Origin: an uncultured Solirubrobacteraceae bacterium
Lineage (GTDB): Bacteria; Actinomycetota; Thermoleophilia; Solirubrobacterales; Solirubrobacteraceae
Assembly: GCA_963768375.1 (NCBI GenBank)
Contig: CAVYHO010000001.1
Span: 20,136-84,135 of the forward strand
DNA length: 64,000 bases
Reading direction: 5' to 3'
In this document: positions 20,069 through 28,299 of the stretch, in pieces
How positions within the stretch are numbered: the stretch's first letter is position 1
Layout: each line of letters begins with the position of its first letter
Program-made: the position numbers and the translations under genes
Notes under the pieces: model-generated
Database searches by the model: none
What the model was told of the DNA's origin: nothing
Seen by the model: the letters and a program-made list of their open reading frames with translations, nothing else

Positions 20069-21266
20069 ACGCCGCCTTGACGGTCACGGTGCCGCGCCGC
20101 TTGAGCTTGAATCGCACGGTCGCTCGGCTGTTCACCGTGACGGTGCGCTTGGCGATCGTGCGGCGCTTGAGGACGGCCGTGAACGTCGCGCGGCCGGCGG
20201 TGCCGGTCGTGAGCGTCGCGGTCAGGCCGCCGCGGCGGCTCAGGCGCAGCGTCGCGGCGGTCGCGGCGGGCACATCGACCGGGCCCCAGTCGGGCGAGGT
20301 CGCGCCTCCGAGCACCAGCGCGCCGGCGTCGCCGGGGGCGCAGCCCTCCGGGATCGCGGCGATCCACACGCCCTCGGCGGTGCCGTAGGCCATCGCGCGC
20401 CCGCTCGGCGCCAGGCTCGTGCTCACGAACTTGCCGGGCAGTTCGTAGCACTGCTGGGCGACCGGCTGGTTGCCCTGCGCGAACGGCTTGTGGTCCCAGT
20501 CCGGCGCGCCGAACGGGCCGATCGTGGTGCGGTAGACGCGCAGCTTCTCGTCGCTCTGTCCGGCGATCCCGATCAGCGTCGTCTGATCGCCCGACAGCTC
20601 GACTGCATCGACGCCGAAGCCCTGGTTGTCGTCGAAGAACCATGGATCGAGCTGGGAGTCGGCGAGGCCGGGTCCGACGCGGGTGAAGACGGCGTCGTCG
20701 TTCATCACCGCGCCCGAGAACGAGCGCAGCAGCGTCTCGCCGGACACCCAGCTCGGGTAGATCCAGCCCGTCATCAGCCCGAACTCCTCGGGCCCGGTGT
20801 AGCGGTCGGCGTGCGAGATGCCGACGCCCTGGCGCTGGCTGTAGACGTAACACGGCGGGACCGTGGTGTCGCTGCAGCCGGTGTCGTTGTCGTAGCTGTC
20901 GTTGAACCACTCGTAGGCGACCTTGGTGCCGTCGGGCGAGATCCGAGGGTTGAACGGGCCGTGGAAGCGGCTGACCGGGCCGGCCTGGCTCGCGCCGTCA
21001 CTGATCGGCGTGAGGAAGTCGGCGGTGACGCGGCCGTCGCGGGTGAGCCGGTGCAGGCGCTCGCCGGGCGCGAGCGCAATCATCGAGCCGTCGTCGGCCT
21101 GCGACACGGCGGCGTAGCCACCCGTGTGCGTGACCTGGACCTTGCGGGCGCCGTCGGGGGTGGCGAGCCAGACGTCACCGCCCTGGATGTAGGCGATCGA
21201 GTCGGCGGAGGCCGGAGCGGACAGGAGGAGGATGAAGAAAAGGGCGACGAGGACGAGGCGTCTCAT
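20013..21266 (-). CDS. Secreted TolB/WD40-like beta-propeller protein with a basic C-terminal domain
   Basis: Signal peptide; IAYIQGGDVWLATPDG, PRISPDGTKVAY, LAPSGRAMAY, SPDWGP. Confidence 0.78.
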   Translation of the reverse strand: MRRLVLVALFFILLLSAPASADSIAYIQGGDVWLATPDGARKVQVTHTGGYAAVSQADDGSMIALAPGERLHRLTRDGRVTADFLTPISDGASQAGPVSRFHGPFNPRISPDGTKVAYEWFNDSYDNDTGCSDTTVPPCYVYSQRQGVGISHADRYTGPEEFGLMTGWIYPSWVSGETLLRSFSGAVMNDDAVFTRVGPGLADSQLDPWFFDDNQGFGVDAVELSGDQTTLIGIAGQSDEKLRVYRTTIGPFGAPDWDHKPFAQGNQPVAQQCYELPGKFVSTSLAPSGRAMAYGTAEGVWIAAIPEGCAPGDAGALVLGGATSPDWGPVDVPAATAATLRLSRRGGLTATLTTGTAGRATFTAVLKRRTIAKRTVTVNSRATVRFKLKRRGTVTVKAAFTPTGGSPQRVSAKLRLR

Positions 21267-21360
21267 GTCGCGGATCGTCGGCGGCGCGCATTGCCGGCGG
21301 CTTGCCGCGAGGTTGCCCCCGCGCCGGCGGATCGCCGCCGGCGCGAGTCGGGCGTGAACG

Positions 21361-21726
21361 TCAGGCGCTGGTCGTGTCCGCGGAAGGCGGCGGTCCGGCT
21401 CCGGGCGGCTGGCCCTCTGGGCGCGCGGATTCGAGCGCTTCCTGAACCTTCGCCGTGGACAGGCCGAGCTCCTTCGCAAGGCTCGCGGCCATGTCATCGG
21501 GCGAACCGCCCGCGCCGCGGAGCTTCTCCATCGCGGCCTGAAGGTCGCCGGCCGAGACGCCGAGCTCGGTGGCGAGCCCGCTCATGTCGGGTGGGCCACC
21601 GCCGGCCGGCTGTTGCTGTTGCTGCTGGGTTGGTGACGGTGTCGTTGAATCCGCGGACCCGCAGCCGATCGCCGCTAGCGCGATCGCGCCTGCGGCGCCG
21701 AGTGCGGCGATTCGTCGTCTGATCAT
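21361..21726 (-). CDS. Putative lipoprotein with two short helical repeats
   Basis: Lipobox-like LAAIGC; LATELGVS / LAKELGLS repeats; TGATG coupling to apbE. Confidence 0.72.
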   Translation of the reverse strand: MIRRRIAALGAAGAIALAAIGCGSADSTTPSPTQQQQQQPAGGGPPDMSGLATELGVSAGDLQAAMEKLRGAGGSPDDMAASLAKELGLSTAKVQEALESARPEGQPPGAGPPPSADTTSA

Positions 21727-22553
21727 CAGTGCCTCCTGGTTGTCGTGGTTCCGTCGTCGTGCACGAGCACGCCGCCATGGGTGAGCCATTCGGCGTCGGC
21801 GCTGAGCAGAGCGGCCTTCGCGCGCCACTCCGCCTCGAGCGCGGTGGGCGCCAGCGCCGTCGCCTGGACGACACCGGTGAACGCCGGCCGGCCGGTCGCG
21901 GGGTCGAGCAGGTGGTGGGCCGGGCGGCCCTTGGCATCGAGCCACGAACGGCGGCCGATCCCGCTCGTCGCCACGGCGCCGTCACGGACCTCGAACACGT
22001 GCAGCGGCGAGCCGCCGAACGGATCGGTGACCTCGATCCGGCGCGGCGCGCCGCCGAAGCGCAGGTCGCCGCCGCAGTCGACCGCGAAGCTGCCGCGCAT
22101 GCGTTCCGCGATCAGGTCGGCGAACAGGCCCTTGGCGAGCCCGCCGCTGTCGAACGCGAGTCCGGGCGCGCGTTGCACGACGCCGCCGCGCAGCTGGAAT
22201 TTCCACACCCGTCCGGGTCCAGCCGGGCGTCGGGGCGGGGCGAGCACGAGCGCATCGCGCAGCGGGAGCGGTGCGCCCAGGTCGCCGCGGTAGCCGGCGG
22301 CCTCGATCTCGTGCGCCAGCGTCGCGTCGACGAGTCCGCCGGTGGCGCGGCTCGCGACCTCGACCGCGTCGAGCAGGCGCGCCATCGTCGCGCTCACCGG
22401 GACCACCGGGCGCGGGTCGGCGTTCAGGCGGCTGAGCTCGCTGTCGTCCCGGAAGCGGCTGAACTGGACGTGCCAGGCCTCGAGCTGTCCGCGCGCGTCG
22501 GCCGCGCCGGCGCCCCAGACCCCGCAGTGCGTTCCGAAGCAGTTGAACCTCAT
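21726..22553 (-). CDS. apbE: FAD:protein FMN transferase
   Basis: FSRFRDDSELSRLN, TGGLVDAT, DSGGLAKG, DCGGD, VATSG, HHLLDPATG. Confidence 0.9.
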   Translation of the reverse strand: MRFNCFGTHCGVWGAGAADARGQLEAWHVQFSRFRDDSELSRLNADPRPVVPVSATMARLLDAVEVASRATGGLVDATLAHEIEAAGYRGDLGAPLPLRDALVLAPPRRPAGPGRVWKFQLRGGVVQRAPGLAFDSGGLAKGLFADLIAERMRGSFAVDCGGDLRFGGAPRRIEVTDPFGGSPLHVFEVRDGAVATSGIGRRSWLDAKGRPAHHLLDPATGRPAFTGVVQATALAPTALEAEWRAKAALLSADAEWLTHGGVLVHDDGTTTTRRH

Positions 22554-23059
22554 GTCGGCACCAGCCTTCGCGTGAGCAGGGCGCCCGCCGGGAGCACGAG
22601 CGTGGCGGCCGCCACGAGGAACCACAGCGCGCCCGCGTCCGTTCCGACCCCGATCGAGTGGACGACACCCAGCAGCCACGCGAGCGCCGTGAAGCGGTGC
22701 AGCTTGCGCCAGCGCTGGGGCCCGATCCGGCCGCGCCAGTAGTACGAGAGGCCGAGGATCACGAACAGCCAGCCGCCGACGATCCCGAGCGACATCCACC
22801 AGCGCGCGTAGTCGCTGACGAACGGGATCGTGACGTCGGCCAGGCTCGGCTTCAGGTAGCCGTCGCCGAGCAGTGCCAGCGCGTGCACGACGAGCGCGAC
22901 CATCGTCGCCAGCGACAGCGCCTCGTGCATGACCCGCAGGTCCTGCCCCTTGCGCAGCCGCATGCTCATCATCAGCCCGAGCGACACCGCGGCACTCGAG
23001 GCGAGCAGCGCGACGATGCCGGCGGAGCGGCTCGTGATCCAGAAGAAGTGCTCGCCCAT
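22550..23059 (-). CDS. Ferric-reductase-like (MsrQ-like) heme-b membrane protein
   Basis: WITSRSAG; His pairs HEALS..VHAL and WRKLHR..VHS. Confidence 0.85.
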   Translation of the reverse strand: MGEHFFWITSRSAGIVALLASSAAVSLGLMMSMRLRKGQDLRVMHEALSLATMVALVVHALALLGDGYLKPSLADVTIPFVSDYARWWMSLGIVGGWLFVILGLSYYWRGRIGPQRWRKLHRFTALAWLLGVVHSIGVGTDAGALWFLVAAATLVLPAGALLTRRLVPT

Positions 23060-23301
23060 CACGACTGCCCCGTGGAGAGCGTCGAGGAGTCGTCGTCGGT
23101 CGTGGTCGGTTCCTCGGTGGTCGTCGTCGACTGCTCGGTCGTCGCGGTCGTGGTGGCCTGTGCCGTGGTCGTCGTCTCGCCCATCGAGCCGTCCCACAGG
23201 ACGGCGCCCCAGGCGAGCACGAAGGTGGCGAGGGTGGCGGCCACGATGCGCTGCCGGAGAACAACGATGCGGCGGCGGCGGGCAGCGAGGGCGGGGTGCA
23301 T
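23059..23301 (-). CDS. Small membrane-anchored Thr-rich protein, candidate flavinylation substrate
   Basis: Basic N-terminus, one TM helix, Thr/Glu linker, C-terminal LSTGQS; TGATG coupling. Confidence 0.7.
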   Translation of the reverse strand: MHPALAARRRRIVVLRQRIVAATLATFVLAWGAVLWDGSMGETTTTAQATTTATTEQSTTTTEEPTTTDDDSSTLSTGQS

Positions 23302-23363
23302 GCCAACAGGCTCGGCGCCGCCGCCGAGAGCGCGCTGGGAGGACCCTGAGAGGATCCTGGGCG

Positions 23364-24011
23364 ATGGAGACGACCGTGATCTTCGACCTCGACGGCGTGC
23401 TCGTCGACTCGCGCGCCGCGATCGCCGGCTGCATGAACCACGCGCTGACCGTCATCGGGCGGCCCACGCACCCGGAAGCCGATCTGCACTCCTACATCGG
23501 CCCGCCGATCTCGCATTCGTTCGGCGAGCTGCTCGGGGTGGCACCGGAGCACGCCGAGGTGGCGGCGATGATGGCCGCCTACCGCGAGCGCTACGCGACG
23601 GTCTCGCTGACCGACACGACGGTTGAGCCCGGCATTCCCGCGGCGCTGGACCGGCTCGCCGCCGCCCATCGGCTGGCGGTCGCGACCTCCAAGCCGACCG
23701 CGTTCGCCGAGCCGCTGCTCGACGCCGTCGGGCTGAGCGCGTACTTCGACGTGATCGCGGGCCCGGGGCTCGACGAGCACGCCGAGCCGAAGACCGAAAC
23801 GGTGCGCGTGGCGCTCGCGCGACTCGGGCCGACACGCGCCGTGATGGTCGGCGACCGCTCGTTCGATGTCATCGGCGCGCACGCCAACGGGCTGCCCGCG
23901 ATCGGCGTCACGTGGGGCATCGGCACGCCGCACGAGCTGCGGGACGCCGAGCGCCTGATCAACGCGCCGGCCGAGCTGCCCGCCGCCGTTACCGACCTCC
24001 TCGGCGAGTAA
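23364..24011 (+). CDS. HAD-family hydrolase (phosphoglycolate phosphatase/5'-nucleotidase-like)
   Basis: FDLDGVLVDS, IGPP, VATSK, MVGDRSFD. Confidence 0.92.
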   Translation: METTVIFDLDGVLVDSRAAIAGCMNHALTVIGRPTHPEADLHSYIGPPISHSFGELLGVAPEHAEVAAMMAAYRERYATVSLTDTTVEPGIPAALDRLAAAHRLAVATSKPTAFAEPLLDAVGLSAYFDVIAGPGLDEHAEPKTETVRVALARLGPTRAVMVGDRSFDVIGAHANGLPAIGVTWGIGTPHELRDAERLINAPAELPAAVTDLLGE

Positions 24012-24022
24012 CGTCCCGGCTC

Positions 24023-24508
24023 GTGTTCGCCGACATCACCCTCAACTCGATCTCCCTCTGGCTCCACATCAGCGCCGCGGTCATCGGGCTCGGCTCGACG
24101 TTCGCGCTCGCGGTCGGGTTCCCGCTCGCACAGAAGCTCGACGCCCGCTACATGCCGTTCATCCACCACCTCAGCGAGGCCCTCAACTCACGGCTCGCCG
24201 GCCCCGCGATGGGCATCATCCTGATCACCGGCATCTACCAGGTGATCGACGGCCCGTGGTCGTTCGGGGACCCGTGGATCAGCGCCACGTTCGTGATCGT
24301 CATCGTGCTCGGCGCGCTGCAGGGGGCGTACTTCACGCGCACCGACCGCAAGCTGGCGGCGATGGCCGAGAAGGAGCTGGCCACCGGCGCGACGACGCTG
24401 TCGGACGACTACCAACGCCAGGCCCAGCGCGAGGGCTCGATCGGCGCGCTCGCCGGGCTGCTGATCGTGCTCGCCGTCTTCCTGATGGTCACGAAGCTCG
24501 GGTCGTAG
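24023..24508 (+). CDS. DUF2269-like membrane protein
   Basis: WLHISAAVIGLG, 4 TM helices, C-terminal FLMVTK. Confidence 0.75.
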   Translation: MFADITLNSISLWLHISAAVIGLGSTFALAVGFPLAQKLDARYMPFIHHLSEALNSRLAGPAMGIILITGIYQVIDGPWSFGDPWISATFVIVIVLGALQGAYFTRTDRKLAAMAEKELATGATTLSDDYQRQAQREGSIGALAGLLIVLAVFLMVTKLGS

Positions 24509-24543
24509 CGCCAGAAACACCGGCGGCGCGCGTTGGGGTTCCC

Positions 24544-26028
24544 ATGCGCGCCCTCCTCCTTGCCGTCGCGATCGTGCTGCTCACTCCGGCGGCGGCCGGC
24601 GCGCAGATCTCCGAGACGCTGTCGATCCCGACCACCGGCGGCGACCGGATCCACGTCGAGATCCAGCGGCCGGTGACACTGGAACCCGTCCCGGTGATCC
24701 TCACGTACTCGCCGTACAACGTGCTCGGCGAGGGCACGCTGCCGAACCTGGCCAACGACGGGATCGGGCAGCACTTCGTTCCGCGCGGCTACGCGCGCGC
24801 CGTCGCCGACGTGCTCGGCACGCGCAACTCCTCCGGATGCTGGGACTACGGCGGACCCGCCGAGACGCGGTCCGGCGTCGATCTCGTGAACGCGCTCGCG
24901 AAGCTGCCGTGGGCCAACGGCAAGGTCGCGATGATCGGCGGCTCCTACGACGGCACGACCGCGAACATGGTCGCGAGCGCCGGCGCAGAGGGCCTCGCGG
25001 CGATCGTCCCCGAGGCCGCGATCAGTCGCTGGTACGGCTACGCCTACAGCGACGGCGTCCGCTACCTCGGCAACTCGCAGAACCCCACCGACGAGGGCTT
25101 CGACACGCCGCTCGCGTTCGACTTCGGCTTCGGCCGCACGCCCCCGACCCAGGTCACGCCGCAGCTTGTCGACGCGCTCGCCGATCGGGCCAACCCGTGC
25201 GATTCCGCCGAGCACACCGCGCGCGGCTACGACACGAGCCCCGACTACGACGACTTCTGGGTCCAGCGCGACTACCGCCGCGACTACGACGTCCCGGCGC
25301 TGATCGTGCACGGCTGGCAGGACTTCAACGTCCGCCAGTCCGAGGGCATCGACCTGTTCGCGCACCAGGACGGCCTCACAAAGCTCTACCTGTTCCAGGG
25401 CGCGCACGAGATGCCGAGCGCGGCGAACTTCCAGCCGCTGCTCGACACGTTCTTCGACCACACGCTCAAGGGCATCGACAACGGGATCGAAGACACCGCA
25501 CCGGTGCTCACCGAAGGCAGCGACGGCGTGTTCCGTGACGAGCCGAGCTGGCCGCCGCCCGGGACGACCACGCACACGATCGAGCTGCCCGAGACCAAAT
25601 GGACCGAGACCGGCGGGAGCACCGAGGAGACGGGCGAGCCGTTCCACGTCACGGAGCCGCTGGTGCGCGACCTCCGGATCGCGGGCGCGCCGGTCCTGCG
25701 CGCGACGGTCACCGTCGACGCCGACCACGGCCACCTGACGCCGACGCTGGTCGACATCGCGCCCGACGGCACGGCCACGCCGATCACGCGCGGCTTCCTC
25801 AACCTCCGCTACCGCAACGGCCTGGAGCGCGAGGAGCCGGTGCGGGTCAACACGCCGGTCGCCGCGACGGTCACGTTCTCACCGCAGGACGCGATCGTGC
25901 CCGCGGGACACCGGATCGGGCTGATCCTGGCCGGTTCGAACGCGGTCTGGGCGGTGCCGGACCAGCCGGCGGGGCAGACGTTCAGACTCGAGACGGGCTC
26001 GCGCCTGGAACTTCCCGCGGCCCCGTGA
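24544..26028 (+). CDS. Secreted CocE/NonD (S15, Xaa-Pro dipeptidyl-peptidase-like) hydrolase
   Basis: Signal peptide; GTRNSSGC, GGSYDG, HGWQDFNV, GAH. Confidence 0.9.
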   Translation: MRALLLAVAIVLLTPAAAGAQISETLSIPTTGGDRIHVEIQRPVTLEPVPVILTYSPYNVLGEGTLPNLANDGIGQHFVPRGYARAVADVLGTRNSSGCWDYGGPAETRSGVDLVNALAKLPWANGKVAMIGGSYDGTTANMVASAGAEGLAAIVPEAAISRWYGYAYSDGVRYLGNSQNPTDEGFDTPLAFDFGFGRTPPTQVTPQLVDALADRANPCDSAEHTARGYDTSPDYDDFWVQRDYRRDYDVPALIVHGWQDFNVRQSEGIDLFAHQDGLTKLYLFQGAHEMPSAANFQPLLDTFFDHTLKGIDNGIEDTAPVLTEGSDGVFRDEPSWPPPGTTTHTIELPETKWTETGGSTEETGEPFHVTEPLVRDLRIAGAPVLRATVTVDADHGHLTPTLVDIAPDGTATPITRGFLNLRYRNGLEREEPVRVNTPVAATVTFSPQDAIVPAGHRIGLILAGSNAVWAVPDQPAGQTFRLETGSRLELPAAP

Positions 26029-28177
26029 CGAGCGCGGTCAGGTCGGCGGCCGGCATCGGGCGGCCCATCAGGAAGCCCTGGCCGTAGTCGCAGCCGCTCT
26101 CGGCGAGCAGGCGGTACGCCTCGTCGGTCTCGATGCCCTCGCCGACGGCCTTCAGGCCGAGGTTGTGGGCCAGCTCCACGATCGTCCGCACGATCATGGC
26201 CGCCTCGACGTCCTCGTCCATGCCGAGGATGAAGGACTTGTCGATCTTGAGCTCCTGGACCGGCAGCTCGCGCAGGTACGCCAGCGAGGACGAGCCGGTG
26301 CCGAAGTCGTCGAGCGAGAGCGAGATGCCGAGCTCGCCGAGCTTGTTCATGATCTCGATCACGCGCACCGGATCGGCGGCGACGATCGTCTCGGTCACCT
26401 CGAGCTGCAGCATCGACGGGTCGACGGCGTGCTTTTCGAGCAGCTCCTGCACGTCGCCTGGCAGGGCCAGATCGAGCAGGTTCGGCGCGCCGAGGTTGAC
26501 CGCGACCGGCATCGAGATGCCTTCGTCGCGCCAGCGCGCACACTGGGCCAGCGAATCGTTGAGCACGCGCAGGGTCAGCGGGCGCATCAGGCCCGTCTGC
26601 TCCGCCAGCGGCAGGAACGCTCCCGGGCCGAGCAGCCCGAACTGCGGGTGATCCCAGCGCACGAGCGCCTCGGCGCCGGAGATCTCGCCGGTCTCGAGGT
26701 CGAACTTGGGCTGGTAGTGCACGACGATCTGGCCGGTGTCGATCGCGTCCGGCAGCTCGCCGATCAGCGCCAGGCGGGCGCGCGAGTGGCCGTCGCGGGA
26801 CGCGCTGTAGACCTCGGAGCCGACGCCGCGCGCCTTGGCCGAGTACATAGCGACGTCGGCGCGCTGCATCAGCGTCTCGACGTCGCGGCCGTGCTCCGGG
26901 AACATCGCGATGCCGACGCTGGCGCGGACCAGCAGAGTCAGGCCCTGGGAGCGGAACGGCTCCTCGATCGCGCGGCTGAGCGCCTCGGCGACGACCTCCG
27001 CCTCCTGGACGGTGGTGCCGACCGGCAGCAGCACGGCGAACTCGTCGCCGCCGACGCGGGCCACGAGGTCGGCGCCGGGGACGGCGGCCTCCAGGCGCGG
27101 GCCGATCTCGCGCAGCAGGCGGTCGCCGGCGGCGTGGCCGAGCGTGTCGTTGAGCTCCTTGAAGTGGTCGAGGTCGATCAGCAGCAGCGCGAGCTTGGAC
27201 TTGATCGCGCGGGCGGCGGTCGTGGCCTCGTCGAGCTTGGTGAACAGCTTGCGGCGGTTGGCGAGGCCGGTCAGCGGGTCGTGCATGGCGTCGTGCTCGC
27301 GCTGGGAGACGAGCGAGCGCAGCTCGTGCTCGAGCTCGCGGCGGTCGGTCGCGTCGCGCATGTTGAGCACGAAGCCCTCGACGCTGTGGTCGTGCAGGCG
27401 GTTCGCCGCGACGACGTCGAAGTGGCGGTGGCCGCCCTCGCCGTGGGCGAGCCGCAGCGTCAGGTTGCGCGCATACTCGGGCTGGCCGTCGGCGGCGTCG
27501 AAGTAGCCGTCGAGCGACGGGCGGTCGTCCGGGTGGACGAGGTCATGGAGCCGCTTGCCGACGATGTCGCCGGCCGCGTGGCCGAGCACGTTGCGGATCG
27601 ACTCCGCCTGCCAGCGGATGCGCTGGTCGGCGCCGACGATCGTGACCACGTCGGTGGAGTTCTGGACGATCGAGTTGAGCCGGCGCTGGATGATCTCCGA
27701 GGCGCGCAGCGCGGCCAGCAGCGCCTGGCACATCAAGGGAACCAGCGCCATCGCGACGGCGCGGGCGACGTCGCCCTCGAACTGCGCGACACCGCGGCCC
27801 TCGTGGGCGGCGAACACGGCGGCCATCCACAGCCCCCAGCGAGCGAACGCGCGCAGCGGCCCGCCGTAGACGCTGCGGAACATCAGGCCGAGCAGCGGCA
27901 GGAACGGGTTGCCTCCGGCGGTGGCCATGACCGCGAAGACGATCAGCGCTTCGACCGGCTCGAGCGCCAGCGAGAAGCGTCCGCGGCAGTACCCCACCAC
28001 CCAGTAAGCCGCCAGCGCGAGCGCTGCCAGGGCAACCCCGAAGCGGGTGATCAGGGGCGCGTCCGCGGCCAGCACCGCGGGCACCGCGAGGACCGCGCCG
28101 ACGACGCCCATGCCCAGGAACAGCAGGCGGAACCGGCTGAACGGCGAGTTCGGGAGTTTGACGGAACGACGGGTCAC
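25982..28177 (-). CDS. Membrane PAS-GGDEF-EAL diguanylate cyclase/phosphodiesterase
   Basis: Multi-TM N-terminus, PAS (VHPDD), DPLTGLANR, GGDEF, EALVRW, EVTE, DDFGTG, LKIDKSF. Start chosen downstream of the predicted promoter. Confidence 0.93.
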   Translation of the reverse strand: MTRRSVKLPNSPFSRFRLLFLGMGVVGAVLAVPAVLAADAPLITRFGVALAALALAAYWVVGYCRGRFSLALEPVEALIVFAVMATAGGNPFLPLLGLMFRSVYGGPLRAFARWGLWMAAVFAAHEGRGVAQFEGDVARAVAMALVPLMCQALLAALRASEIIQRRLNSIVQNSTDVVTIVGADQRIRWQAESIRNVLGHAAGDIVGKRLHDLVHPDDRPSLDGYFDAADGQPEYARNLTLRLAHGEGGHRHFDVVAANRLHDHSVEGFVLNMRDATDRRELEHELRSLVSQREHDAMHDPLTGLANRRKLFTKLDEATTAARAIKSKLALLLIDLDHFKELNDTLGHAAGDRLLREIGPRLEAAVPGADLVARVGGDEFAVLLPVGTTVQEAEVVAEALSRAIEEPFRSQGLTLLVRASVGIAMFPEHGRDVETLMQRADVAMYSAKARGVGSEVYSASRDGHSRARLALIGELPDAIDTGQIVVHYQPKFDLETGEISGAEALVRWDHPQFGLLGPGAFLPLAEQTGLMRPLTLRVLNDSLAQCARWRDEGISMPVAVNLGAPNLLDLALPGDVQELLEKHAVDPSMLQLEVTETIVAADPVRVIEIMNKLGELGISLSLDDFGTGSSSLAYLRELPVQELKIDKSFILGMDEDVEAAMIVRTIVELAHNLGLKAVGEGIETDEAYRLLAESGCDYGQGFLMGRPMPAADLTALVTGPREVPGASPSRV

Positions 28178-28188
28178 CTTGTCCACAG

Positions 28189-28215
28189 ATTTCGGCGGAA
28201 ATCCGCTTGTCTTGA
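28189..28215 (-). promoter_or_regulatory. Sigma-28 (FliA/WhiG)-like promoter TCAAG-N14-GCCGAAAT
   Basis: Resembles the TAAA-N15-GCCGATAA consensus; directly upstream of the GGDEF-EAL gene. Confidence 0.65.
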
Positions 28216-28239
28216 GGCGAACCGTGCGCAATGTCCATT

Positions 28240-28266
28240 TCAGGCTTTGCTCCGAAATGCCGAGTG
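28240..28266 (+). promoter_or_regulatory. Sigma-28-like promoter TCAGG-N14-GCCGAGTG
   Basis: Same spacing; 33 bp upstream of the GTG at 28300. Confidence 0.55.
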
Positions 28267-28299
28267 GGACCCCAAGCGACCGACCTTGGGAGAACGACC

